Shown here: piece by piece, positions 20,983-30,825 of the stretch
Layout of the letters: each line of letters opens with the position of its first letter
Position numbering within the stretch: the stretch's first letter is position 1
Assembly (NCBI GenBank): GCA_963664405.1
Contig: OY761158.1
Location: 5,984,001-6,048,000 of the forward strand
Direction: 5' to 3'
DNA: 64,000 nucleotides
Source of the DNA: Thermoanaerobaculia bacterium
GTDB lineage: Bacteria; Acidobacteriota; Thermoanaerobaculia; Multivoradales; Multivoraceae
Notes under the pieces: generated by a model
Seen by the model: only the letters and a program-made list of their open reading frames with translations
What the model was told of the DNA's origin: nothing
Database searches by the model: none
Program-made: the position numbers and the translations under genes

Positions 20983-22636
20983 CTACTGCCCGTCAACCGA
21001 GAACGCAAGCAGCACGTTGCCCGTCATGTAGCTGCTGTAGCCCGAGTGCACGTAGAGCATGCCGTCGACGACGGTCGCGCCGGGGCCATTGAGCGAACCG
21101 CCCCGCGCCTTCACCCCGTTCACCGTCTCGTAGTCGCCCACGGTGTCGACATCCCAGATGATCTTGCCCGTGTCGGCGGCATAGGCCCGCAAGTGGCCGT
21201 CGAGGCTGCCCGAGAAGACGACGCCGGGAATGAGGGCCACGGCCGCCGGCTGCGCGCTGTGACATCGCTTCCGCCCGCTGCAGATCCCCTGGACCGGAGG
21301 TGCGTGCCAGACCACCTCGCCGTCGTCGACGCGCAGCGCGACAAGACCGCCCGCCGCGCCGGGCTCCTTCTCCGTGGCGTCGGAGACGGCTACGTAGACG
21401 AGCTCGCCGTCGGTGGCGAAGCCCCACTCGATGCCGCCCAAGGTGCCGCCGGCGGCGACGCGGGTCTGCCAGCGGATCTCGCCGGTGCGCGGATCGAGCC
21501 CGTGCATGAGGCCCGACTTCTGGCCGGCGATGAGGATCGGCTCTCCGCCGGAGGTCGTGGTGAGGACCGGCGAGCTGCCGAAGTCGAAGTCGGGCCCGAC
21601 GTCGGCGGGGCAGTTGGCGCGTACCGCCTCACCGGCGAGACCGCAGGCCTTGTTCCATGCGTCTCCGGCAGTCCTCTGGGTGACCCAGCGCACCGCGCCG
21701 GTGCCCATCTCGAGCGCGATCAACGCGTCGCTCTCTGGAGCCGGCGGATTGGAATAGGAGTTCCCGGTGCCGACGAAGAGGGTGTTGTTTTCGGGGTCGA
21801 GCGTCGGCGCCGACCACACCGCGGCGCGGGCCCCAGCTCCTGGTGCCGACGCGGTTGCGACCGGTAGGCTTCGGCTCTTCGGCGAAGGTGTAGGTCTTCC
21901 AGATCCGCTCGCCCGTCGCCGCGTCGAGGGCGACGACGCTGCCGCGAAAGGTGCAGCACTCGTAGCTCGGGTCGGCCGCCGTTCCCGACTCGATCGAAGA
22001 GACGCCGACGTAGAGGCGCCCGCCGAAAACAGCGGGCGCACCGGTGATCTTGGCGTCGGGATGTTTCTCGATCACCGTTCTCCAGCGCCGCTCGCCGCTG
22101 GCGAAGTCGACGGCGTAGATCGAGGCGGTATCGTCACCGAAGTAGGCGTGGAAGGCGCCTTCGGGTCCGGACGCCACCGAGATCGCCGTGCGCACGCCGC
22201 CCTCCGCCTGGTGGATCCAGTGGATGCACCCGCTCTCGGCGTCGAGCGCGGTAACGAGGCCAGTGCGGCTGCCGACCAGGATGCGGCCCCCGACCACCGT
22301 TGGCTGCGATCCCGCGCGTCCGACGCCAGGGAACCCGAACGCCCACTTCAACCTGAGCTTCGGAACGTCGTCCGCTGCGAGCCCGGCCGCTGCGGCGGGC
22401 TGGAAGCGGGTGTTCTCTAGATCGACACCCCAGCCGTTCCAGCCCGGCCCGCCAAGTGGGTCGCGGGGTATTGCCTCCGCGGCGCAGGTAGCATTCTCGG
22501 GCAGGGGCTCGAGCGACAGCTCGCTCGCGCTCCCCTCCCCATAGAGGCGCTCGCCATCGAGCACGGCCTCTTGCGCAGGGGCCACGGCCGCCAACGCCGG
22601 GACGAAGATGGCCGCGATGGGAATGCGGAGCTTCAT
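20983..22636 (-). pseudogene. PQQ-dependent (polyvinyl-alcohol dehydrogenase-like) enzyme, frameshifted near 21830
   Basis: LKWAFGFPG, YECCTFRGS, GPDFDFGSSP and GGIEWG motifs; heme-c motif absent after DGERLY. Confidence 0.8.
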
Positions 22637-22659
22637 TCGGCATCTCCCCTCTGAGTCAT

Positions 22660-23410
22660 CGGCCTCTTCAACTTTATGAGGGCCACCTTTCTCATGGAGC
22701 ACGAACCACGCGCGGTGTCCCTGGGTGTAGTAGTCCTTGACGCGCATTGCCACCACGGCGCCGACACGAGCAAACGAGTAAAAATCATCACGCCGATCAT
22801 TGCGCGATCGCGTAAACCGACAACATGCGACGTGTCGATCGCTTCGAAGAGTTTCCGTGCATCGTCCTCAAACAGGACGGGGGTCTTGCCGACCTTGACG
22901 ACGTGCTTTGGCCCACGCACCGCGGCGGCCGGATTGAAGGGGAGCACCTGGCCCACCACGAGGTAGTCCATGAGCATCCGAATGGCGGCGAGGTTTTGTT
23001 TCACCGTCGTCGGCGATCGCCGTTGACCGAGCTCCTCGATGTAGGCGGCGATGATGATGGGCTCGAGCGTGTGGAGCTCGAGTTTCCGACTCTCACACCA
23101 CTCGAGGAATTGCGAGATCGCGCGCGCGTATGCGCGCCGCGTGTTCGGGTTGCGGATGTTGGCGGTGAAGAATTCCAGAAAGCGTCTCCACGGTCGTAGT
23201 TGCGATTCTGGACGGGATTGAAGGGGAGCACCTGACCCACCACGAGGTAGTCCATGAGCATCCGAATGGCGGCGAGATTCTGCTTCACCGTTGTCGGCGA
23301 TCGCTTGCCACCGAGCTCTTCGATGTAGGCGGCGATGATGATGGGCTCGAGCGTGTGGAGCTCGAGCTTCCGGCTCTCACACCACTCGAGGAACTGCGAG
23401 ATCGCGCTGG
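22660..23410 (-). pseudogene. Tyrosine recombinase remnant with internal ~190-bp duplication
   Basis: TVKQNLAAIRML.DYLVVGQVLPFNP occurs twice (about 22931-23123 and 23215-23407); GKTPVL and LRDRA. Confidence 0.8.
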
Positions 23411-23676
23411 CGATATAGAGACTGATAACGACGAGCACTAGGTGTCCTTCGCATGGCCGCCTTGGCCTTCGGCCTGTCCGCGCACTCGCGGTACCCAAAA
23501 AGGCGAGCGAGCAGGGTAGGGAAAGAAGCGGCCCGTCCTCGGCCTTTCTTATGACCGGCGTCAATAGACGAGACGGGATTCTCTGATAGGCTATCCTGCG
23601 TCGTAAAGTGACCACTCGAGGAGGGGTCGAATGTCAGTCTGGTTGCCTTCGAGTGGTCCAACCCAGGAGAAGGTTA

Positions 23677-26367
23677 ATGCACAGATTGATGTTAGCTCTC
23701 GGAATCTCGATTCTTCTTGCTCCTCCGCTCTTAGCCGACGGCACCCTGACCGGGACCATCCAGGGAACGATCACCAGCTCGGACGGGGAGGCGCTCCCCG
23801 GCACCAGCGTGACGCTCGGGAGCGAGCAAGGCTCCCACGACACCAGGACCGATGCCCAGGGGCAGTACCGCTTCGGTCTTCTCGCACCCGGGCCGTACAC
23901 CGTGACGGCGGAGCTCGAGGGCCTGGGGATGGCCGAGGCCGAGCTGCGGGTCGGGACTGGCCAGCGCCGCACCGTCGACCTCACGCTGCGACTCGCCACC
24001 GCCGGCGAGACCATTCAGGTCGTCTCCGAGGTGCCGCTGGTCAACAAGTACGACGTCTCGACGACGACATCGATGGCGGCCGAGGTCACCGAAACCCTCG
24101 CCTTCGCTTCGCGCAGCTGGCAGTCGGTGCTGACCTCCATGCCGGGGGTGTATCAAAACGCCCGATCCCAGTACTGGTACGACCACCGCGCGGGGGTGAA
24201 CGGCCAATCCTGGCAGGATCTTGGCGGCTTCATCGACGGCGTCGACACTTCGTTCTCCCGCCTCGGCGGCAGCTCCCAGCTGTTTTTGCCCTCCACCGTC
24301 ATATCCGAGGTGCGGATCGAGGGCTCGGGGTATACCGCAGAGTACGGCAGGGTCACCGGAGGGATCGCCAACGCGATGGTGAAGTCGGGCACCAACCGCT
24401 TCCACGGCGACTTCCGCTACATCCCCCAGAGCCAGAAGTGGCGCGCCGAGTACGACGCGGTGCCGCTCCCCCGGAACGACGAGATCCAGAACAGCTACGA
24501 GACCGCCCTCGGGGGACCGATGGCGCGGGACAAGGCGTGGTTCTTCGTCTCCTACTCCGAGGACACGGAAAACGTACTCGCCGCCACGGGTGACCAAACC
24601 CCCGTGGACAGTAGCAACCAGGGCGAAGTGGCCTTGGCGAAGCTGAACTTCCAGCCCGGCTCGAGTCACAGCTTCTACGTCATGGGAATCAACGCTCCCC
24701 ACACCTTTCGCAGCCTTTCCAACCCAAACCGCTTCGATGTCTTCTCGGTTCCGCACCAGGAGGTCGACCAGGAGCTCGCGATGGCGAACTGGAACTGGAC
24801 CGTGAGCTCCAACATGTTCCTCGAGACCCGCGCCGCCGCACACAGGGCCGTCTTCGACCGCAGCCAGCTCGTGACCAGGACCGCCGACCCGAATGCCAGC
24901 CCCGATGATACGGCGGGGAACGTCGGCGCCTACTGGGACCTGAACTCCGGCTTTCGGCGCCTGGCCATCGCCAGTCCGCTCGGCACCGGTCAGCGCTATT
25001 ATCCTCGTAATCAGGCGAACTCGGCCTTCAGCCTGTTCGCCGGCGTGCACGAGCTCAAGTTCGGAGCCGACTGGCAGGTGGTGAACTGGGAGACGCTCAA
25101 CAACGTGCCCGACCGCTACCAGGGCAGGAACTTCGACGCCAACGCACCTGGGGGGTTCGAGGTCCCCGTGCGGAAGCGGGTGTACCTGCCGTCCGCGGGG
25201 CTCATCGAGACCGAGTCAACCGCCATCGCCCTCTTCGTCCAGGACCGTCTCTCCTGGGGCGATCACTGGTCGATGACGGTGGGTCTGCGGGTGGAGGACC
25301 AGGAGCAGAAGAATGACATCGGGGACGTCGCGGCCTCCTCGACCGACCTCGCCCCCCGGCTGGCGGCGGTCTACGACGCCAGCGGCAACGGACGGCTCCT
25401 CTTCAAAGGGACGGTGGGCCGCTACTACCATCACATCGCGCAGGAGGTCGTGAACGACGAGTTCACACGAAAGCCCAACGGCGTCAACGCCTACAACGAG
25501 TTCGGGTGGAACTCTGCGACCGGGCTGTACGACATATTCCGGCGCACGCAGATACCGGCGCTCGATACCCTGATCACCGACATCAATCCCTACTACAAGG
25601 ACGAGGTCACCCTGGGCGTAGAGTGGCAGTTCTCTGACCTGTGGGCGTTCAAGGCCCGGGGCATCTTCTGGGACCATGACGACCTGATGTGGCCGAACGA
25701 CCAATTCGCCCCGGACGGCAGCGTCTTCCGGCTGGTCGCCAACTACCCGGAGGGCCAGCGCGAGTACCAGGGGCTGCAGCTCGAGCTCAACCGGAGCTTT
25801 CGCAACAACTGGGTGGTCCGGTCGAACTACACCCTGGGCCGTTCCGAAGGCAACCTGTGCTGCCGCAACGACGACGACAACCCCTTCCTCGAGGGCAAAA
25901 CGGTCGTCGATCCGGTGAGCGGCATCCCGCTGACCGCGATCAACTACTTTGGCCGCACCGGCGACGACCGCGAGCACGTGCTGAACCTCTCCGCCAGCCG
26001 CACCTTCCAGCTCGGCAACCATTCGCTGAACCTCGGCGGTTTCTTCTGGTTTCGCAGCGGCGAGTGGTGGGGTAGGACGGAGAGCACGACACTTCGCCAT
26101 CCTTCCGGGAGCAGCATCCGCTCCACCACCCGTCCCGAGCCCCGCGACGCCAACCAGATGCCCGACCTCATGTCCCTCAACATGACGCTGGGGTGGCACT
26201 TCCCCCTCGGCAGCGTGCTCGAAGGATCGCTACGGGTCGAGGCCGCGAACCTCACCAACGAGCAGGAGTCGATCAGGATCAGCACCTCCAGCGGGCGAAT
26301 AACCCCAGTTCCGACGAGCTACCAGGTGACGAGGGAGTACCGCTTCGTGGCCGGGATCCGGTTCTAG
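23677..26367 (+). CDS. TonB-dependent receptor (Oar-like, carboxypeptidase-regulatory domain)
   Basis: Signal peptide, YTAEYGR.TGG...KSGTN.FHG, LGGP...DKAWFF, C-terminal F; RBS AGGAG. Confidence 0.9.
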   Translation: MHRLMLALGISILLAPPLLADGTLTGTIQGTITSSDGEALPGTSVTLGSEQGSHDTRTDAQGQYRFGLLAPGPYTVTAELEGLGMAEAELRVGTGQRRTVDLTLRLATAGETIQVVSEVPLVNKYDVSTTTSMAAEVTETLAFASRSWQSVLTSMPGVYQNARSQYWYDHRAGVNGQSWQDLGGFIDGVDTSFSRLGGSSQLFLPSTVISEVRIEGSGYTAEYGRVTGGIANAMVKSGTNRFHGDFRYIPQSQKWRAEYDAVPLPRNDEIQNSYETALGGPMARDKAWFFVSYSEDTENVLAATGDQTPVDSSNQGEVALAKLNFQPGSSHSFYVMGINAPHTFRSLSNPNRFDVFSVPHQEVDQELAMANWNWTVSSNMFLETRAAAHRAVFDRSQLVTRTADPNASPDDTAGNVGAYWDLNSGFRRLAIASPLGTGQRYYPRNQANSAFSLFAGVHELKFGADWQVVNWETLNNVPDRYQGRNFDANAPGGFEVPVRKRVYLPSAGLIETESTAIALFVQDRLSWGDHWSMTVGLRVEDQEQKNDIGDVAASSTDLAPRLAAVYDASGNGRLLFKGTVGRYYHHIAQEVVNDEFTRKPNGVNAYNEFGWNSATGLYDIFRRTQIPALDTLITDINPYYKDEVTLGVEWQFSDLWAFKARGIFWDHDDLMWPNDQFAPDGSVFRLVANYPEGQREYQGLQLELNRSFRNNWVVRSNYTLGRSEGNLCCRNDDDNPFLEGKTVVDPVSGIPLTAINYFGRTGDDREHVLNLSASRTFQLGNHSLNLGGFFWFRSGEWWGRTESTTLRHPSGSSIRSTTRPEPRDANQMPDLMSLNMTLGWHFPLGSVLEGSLRVEAANLTNEQESIRISTSSGRITPVPTSYQVTREYRFVAGIRF

Positions 26368-27803
26368 GTCTTAGAGGAGCCAGCCGCCAGTCTCGAAAGG
26401 AGGACGAGAAGCTCGGGGTCTCCGAACGACTAGCGCGACCCGAGTGCGAGCGCTTCTCGCCGGTCTCGCAATCGACCGCCACCAGGCTCTCCGCAAAGAG
26501 GTTGTCGCCGAGGAGTTATTGTCAAATGTTGGGTACGGGGGCATCAGGCGGCGATGGTTGATGGATGTTCTCCGTCGACGAACTGGACTCCCCCGACAAC
26601 TTCAGCGAGATGGTGGAACCCTCTGAGTCGTCGCCATCGTTTCTCGGCACTCTGAGTGAGCTTGAAGACCATGGTGAGCATGGTCTCTCGCGACAGACAT
26701 CCCCTGGTCTTGGCAGTGCGAAGACGGACGGTGGCGAACGTCGATTCGATGGGATTGGTCGTTCGGAGATGAGGCCACTGCTGGCTGGGAAAGTCGTAGA
26801 AGGCGAGGAGCTCGTCCCGGTCTTTAGTCAGGCACTCGGCGGCTCGCGGGTACTTCGCTTCGTAGGTCTCTACGAAGGCATCGAACGCCTCATAGGCTTT
26901 CGCCCTCGTCTCCGCCTGCCAGATCTCGTGCAAGGCCTTCTTCGCCTTGGGCTGCGTCGACTTCGGCAGGGAGTTCAGGACATTCCCGGTCTTGTGCATC
27001 CAGCAACGCTGGGTGCGGGTGTCGCCGAATACCTTCGTGATCGCCTTCCAGAAGCCCAGGGCACCATCCGCGACCGCCAACTTGGGCGAGACGGCTACGC
27101 CGCGGTGCTTGAGATCCATCAAGATCTCCCGCCAAGACTGCTCGCTCTCGCGATAGCCCTCCTGAACCGCCAAGAGTCGCTTCTTGCCCGTTTCGTCAGC
27201 GCCGATCAGCACCAGGAGGCATAGCCGGGCGTCGTCGAAGCGGACGTTGCAGTAGATCCCGTCGGCCCACAGGTAGACAATCTGCTGGCGACCCAGGTCG
27301 CGCTTGGACCAGCTCTCGAATTCCTGGAGCCAGTCCTTCTTCAGCCGGCTGATCGTGGAGGCCGACAGACCCTTCGCGTTGGGCCCAAGCAGAGCGCTGA
27401 GTGCCTCACCGAAGTCGCCCGTCGAGATGCCGCGCAAGTACAGCTGTTGATGGCTGCGAGAAAGCGCATCCCGTTGGCTGCGAGCGCAGTTTCCGGGATG
27501 GAGTGAGCTGAGGGCTTCGCGACCGCGGGAAAGCTAGGCCTTCTTCAGGAAGGGCGGCATCATCCCGCCGGAACGGCGGTCCGGGTGCGTGGTCCCGGCG
27601 GCGTGTTTGCGGTCGGAAGAGATGCGTGAGTCGGTGTAGGGCTTTGCAGTGCGGGCTCTGCTCTGATAGAGCAGGCCGACCAGAGACGGCGAGAGCCCGG
27701 GAAAGCGAAGTAGAAAACGCCCCGGGCTCTGCCCCAAACCGCAGCATTAGCTGCGCTTGCAGTATGGCAGAGAGTCGGGGTCGTCGTCGAATGGGAGGCG
27801 ACG

Positions 27804-28199
27804 ATGCGACCGGACTACCGACTCTTCGACTGTGCTCGATGCCGTCGGCGTATCTCGCTGTGCTCGCACTGTGACCGTGGCCAGCGTTACTGCCGGGCTT
27901 GTGCTCTGGTGGCTCGTCGGGAATCGACTCGGGCGGCCGGCCATCGGTACCAGCGAAGCCTCCGAGGTCGGCATTGTCATGCCGCCCGTCAGGCCCGCTA
28001 CCGTCGGCGCCAGCGCGAGCGGGCAGAGAAAGTGACGCATCAGGGTACCCCAGGCGGTACTTCGGGGAGGACACTGTGTCGGATCGAGACTCCGAGGCGC
28101 GAAGTGCGCTACGACCCGAGGAATCCGCGATGCATGCAGTGTGGAGAGGCCTGCCGAGAGTTTGTGCGAACGAGCTTTCGTCGTTGCCGACGGAGATAG
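27804..28199 (+). CDS. Cys-rich Zn-finger/basic accessory protein of IS21-like element B
   Basis: CARC-x6-CSHCDRGQRYC..C, RYQ, VTHQG, CMQC; RBS GGAGG. Confidence 0.72.
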   Translation: MRPDYRLFDCARCRRRISLCSHCDRGQRYCRACALVARRESTRAAGHRYQRSLRGRHCHAARQARYRRRQRERAEKVTHQGTPGGTSGRTLCRIETPRREVRYDPRNPRCMQCGEACREFVRTSFRRCRRR

Positions 28200-28203
28200 G
28201 GGC

Positions 28204-29712
28204 GTGATCGACGCACAGCTGCGCGGGGAGATCCGTCGTCTGTTCCTGGTCGAGAAGTGGAAAGTCGGCACGATCGCTCGACAGCTACAGCTGCACCCCT
28301 CAACCGTGCGCCGGGCGCTGGAGAAGTCCGGCGTGCTACCCCAGCAGCGACGAGGGAGGATGATCGATCCTTACCTGCCGTTCATCGAGCAGGTGCTCGG
28401 GACCTACCCACGACTGCCGGCGAGCCGTCTCTACACCATGGTGGTGGAGCGCGGCTATCCAGGAGGCCCGGATCAGTTTCGCCACCTGGTGGCCTCGATG
28501 CGACCGAAGCCCCAGCGCGAGGCGTTTCTCTCGCTGCGCATGCTGCCAGGAGAGCAGGCGCAGGTCGACTGGGGCCACTTCGGTCGGCTCCGCGTCGGCC
28601 GGGCACATCGTCGGCTCTATGCCTTCGTCTTCGTGCTGTCGTTCTCGCGCACGGTCTTCGTGCACTTCACCCTCGACACTCGTCTCGAAACCTTCTTGCA
28701 CGCTCACCAGCTGGCCTTCCACTACGTCGACGGCGTCGTCAGGACCGTTCTGTACGACAACCTGCGAACCGCGGTGATCGAGCGGCAGGGAACCGCGGTG
28801 CGCTTCCATCCCGTGCTGCTCGATTTCGCCAGCCACTACGGCTTCCTTCCCACCGTCGCCGCGGTGGCTCGGGGAAATGAGAAAGGCCGCGTCGAGCGCG
28901 CAATCCGCTTCCTGCGAAGCTCGTTCTTCGGCGCCCGAACGGTGAGCGATTTGGATCGTCTGAATCGGCAGGTCCTGGAATGGTGCCAGAGGTCGCAGCG
29001 CAGACCCTGGCCGCAGGACCGACAGCGAACCGTGAAAAGCGCCCTGGCCCAGGAACGACCTCGACTGCTTGAGCTTCCCGGAGACGACTTCGAAACCGAC
29101 CTGCGACTGGAGATCAAGGTCAGAAAGACGCCGATCGTGCGCTTCGACCTCAACGACTACTCGGTGCCGCACAGTCATGTGCAGAGGACCGTCACGCTCC
29201 TCGCCAGCGAGCATCGGGTGCGGATCCTCGATGGCCAGGAGCTCCTCGCCGAGCACCCTCGCTCGTACTCCCGGGGCGAGCAGATCCTCGATCCTCAACA
29301 CCTCGAGGAGCTCCTCGCTCACAAACGCAGGGCCCGACGACACCGGGGCTTCCATCGGCTGTTTTCCGCTGTGCCTCGATGCGAAGAGCTGATGCAGCAG
29401 CTCGCCGAGCGAGGCGAGAACCTCGGAACGCAGACCGCCGGCCTGCTCCGACTCCTGCGCCAGTACGGCCCCCAGCGACTCGACAAAGCCGTGCGCGAAG
29501 CGCTCCTGAACCACGCACCGCGATTCCAGTCCGTCCGGCTCCTACTCGAACGGCACCAGCGCGGCCTCGGTCAGCCCCCGGCTTTACCGGTGCCGCTCAG
29601 CCAGGAGCTCCAACAGCGAGATCTCTCCGTGAGACCGCACAACCTCGAGGACTACGACCAACTTGGAGGCAACGACGATGGCCCGACCCAGGAAGAGTCC
29701 AACGATCCCTGA
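28204..29712 (+). CDS. istA: IS21-family transposase IstA
   Basis: PGEQAQVDW, LYDN and EKGRVER. Confidence 0.93.
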   Translation: MIDAQLRGEIRRLFLVEKWKVGTIARQLQLHPSTVRRALEKSGVLPQQRRGRMIDPYLPFIEQVLGTYPRLPASRLYTMVVERGYPGGPDQFRHLVASMRPKPQREAFLSLRMLPGEQAQVDWGHFGRLRVGRAHRRLYAFVFVLSFSRTVFVHFTLDTRLETFLHAHQLAFHYVDGVVRTVLYDNLRTAVIERQGTAVRFHPVLLDFASHYGFLPTVAAVARGNEKGRVERAIRFLRSSFFGARTVSDLDRLNRQVLEWCQRSQRRPWPQDRQRTVKSALAQERPRLLELPGDDFETDLRLEIKVRKTPIVRFDLNDYSVPHSHVQRTVTLLASEHRVRILDGQELLAEHPRSYSRGEQILDPQHLEELLAHKRRARRHRGFHRLFSAVPRCEELMQQLAERGENLGTQTAGLLRLLRQYGPQRLDKAVREALLNHAPRFQSVRLLLERHQRGLGQPPALPVPLSQELQQRDLSVRPHNLEDYDQLGGNDDGPTQEESNDP

Positions 29713-30472
29713 CGAACCACTACGAGAGCTCGCCCGATCCCTCGGCTTCTACGCCCTCGTCGACGACTGGGGCACCTACCGAGAACAGCCCTGGCTCGAA
29801 CAGCTGCTGCGCAAAGAAGAGGCCGAGCGCAAACGGCGCAGCCTCGAACGGCGCATCCGCACCAGCCGCGTCGGGCTCTTCAAGAGCATCGCCGACTTCG
29901 ACTTCTCCTGGCCCCAGCGCATCGACCGCGAGCAGATCCAGGATCTGCTCACCCTCCAATTCCTCGACGACATCACCAACGTCATCCTCCTCGGACCCAA
30001 CGGTGTCGGCAAGACCATGATTGCCAAGAACCTCCTCTACCAGGCGCTGCAACGAGGGGCCACCGCCAGCTTCGTCACCGCCTCCGACATGCTCAACGAT
30101 CTCGCCGTCCAGGAAACCCCCTCGGCGCTCCAGAGAAGGCTCTCCAAATACACCCGACCCTCGCTTTTGGCAATCGATGAGCTCGGCTATCTCTCCTACG
30201 ACCACCGCCACGCGGATCTCCTCTTCGAGGTCGTCTCCAGGAGATACGGCAACAAGCCCATTCTTCTCACCACCAACAAGCCCTTCGCCGAATGGGCCGA
30301 GGTCTTTCCCAACGCCTCCTGCGTCGTCACTCTCGTCGATCGACTCACCCACCACGCCGAGATCGTCAAGATCGAGGCTAACTCCTATCGCCGCAAGGAG
30401 GCCAAGGAGGCTGCTGAAAAAAAGGCCAAGGACCGCGCCAAAAGGCGGAGCGCAGCACGACGACGCTCATGA
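29678..30472 (+). CDS. istB: IS21-family AAA+ helper IstB
   Basis: GPNGVGKT, IDELGY, TTNK and DRLTH. Confidence 0.95.
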   Translation: MARPRKSPTIPDEPLRELARSLGFYALVDDWGTYREQPWLEQLLRKEEAERKRRSLERRIRTSRVGLFKSIADFDFSWPQRIDREQIQDLLTLQFLDDITNVILLGPNGVGKTMIAKNLLYQALQRGATASFVTASDMLNDLAVQETPSALQRRLSKYTRPSLLAIDELGYLSYDHRHADLLFEVVSRRYGNKPILLTTNKPFAEWAEVFPNASCVVTLVDRLTHHAEIVKIEANSYRRKEAKEAAEKKAKDRAKRRSAARRRS

Positions 30473-30825
30473 CCCGAAGCCACTATCGGCGCCAGCTCCT
30501 CCGCCTCTATCGACTCCTTCCCGACACCCCGCACCGCTTCCACCACGGCGACCGCGTCATCGTCGACCAGCTCTTCGACCAAGACCTGCCTCTCACCGTC
30601 CTCCAGGCCGCCCTCCTCCTCGGCTCCGCCCGACGCGCATGCCGAGATCCGCGCCTACCAAAGCTCCAGCCCATCCGATCCCTCGCCTACTTTCTCCCCA
30701 TCCTCCGAGAACTCCCCACGACGCCACCCCCCGAGGGGTACCTCGACTATCTGCGCCACACCCTGAGTCACGCCTCGCGGGGACAAAAAACCGACTCGCA
30801 GCCAACTAAGTGCGCTTTCTCGTAG
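30469..30825 (+). CDS. Conserved accessory ORF downstream of istB (element B)
   Basis: ATGA overlap; LQPIRSLAYFLP and YLDYL; homologous to 19010-19363. Confidence 0.72.
   Translation: MTRSHYRRQLLRLYRLLPDTPHRFHHGDRVIVDQLFDQDLPLTVLQAALLLGSARRACRDPRLPKLQPIRSLAYFLPILRELPTTPPPEGYLDYLRHTLSHASRGQKTDSQPTKCAFS

Noticed and set aside
27749-27760. AGCTGCGCTTGC in the IS21-B leader matches the flank of the IS21-A target (16026-16037), suggesting an RNA guide
   Set aside because: It is a 12-bp GC-rich match between the wrong element and target; no convincing match of either leader to its own target was seen
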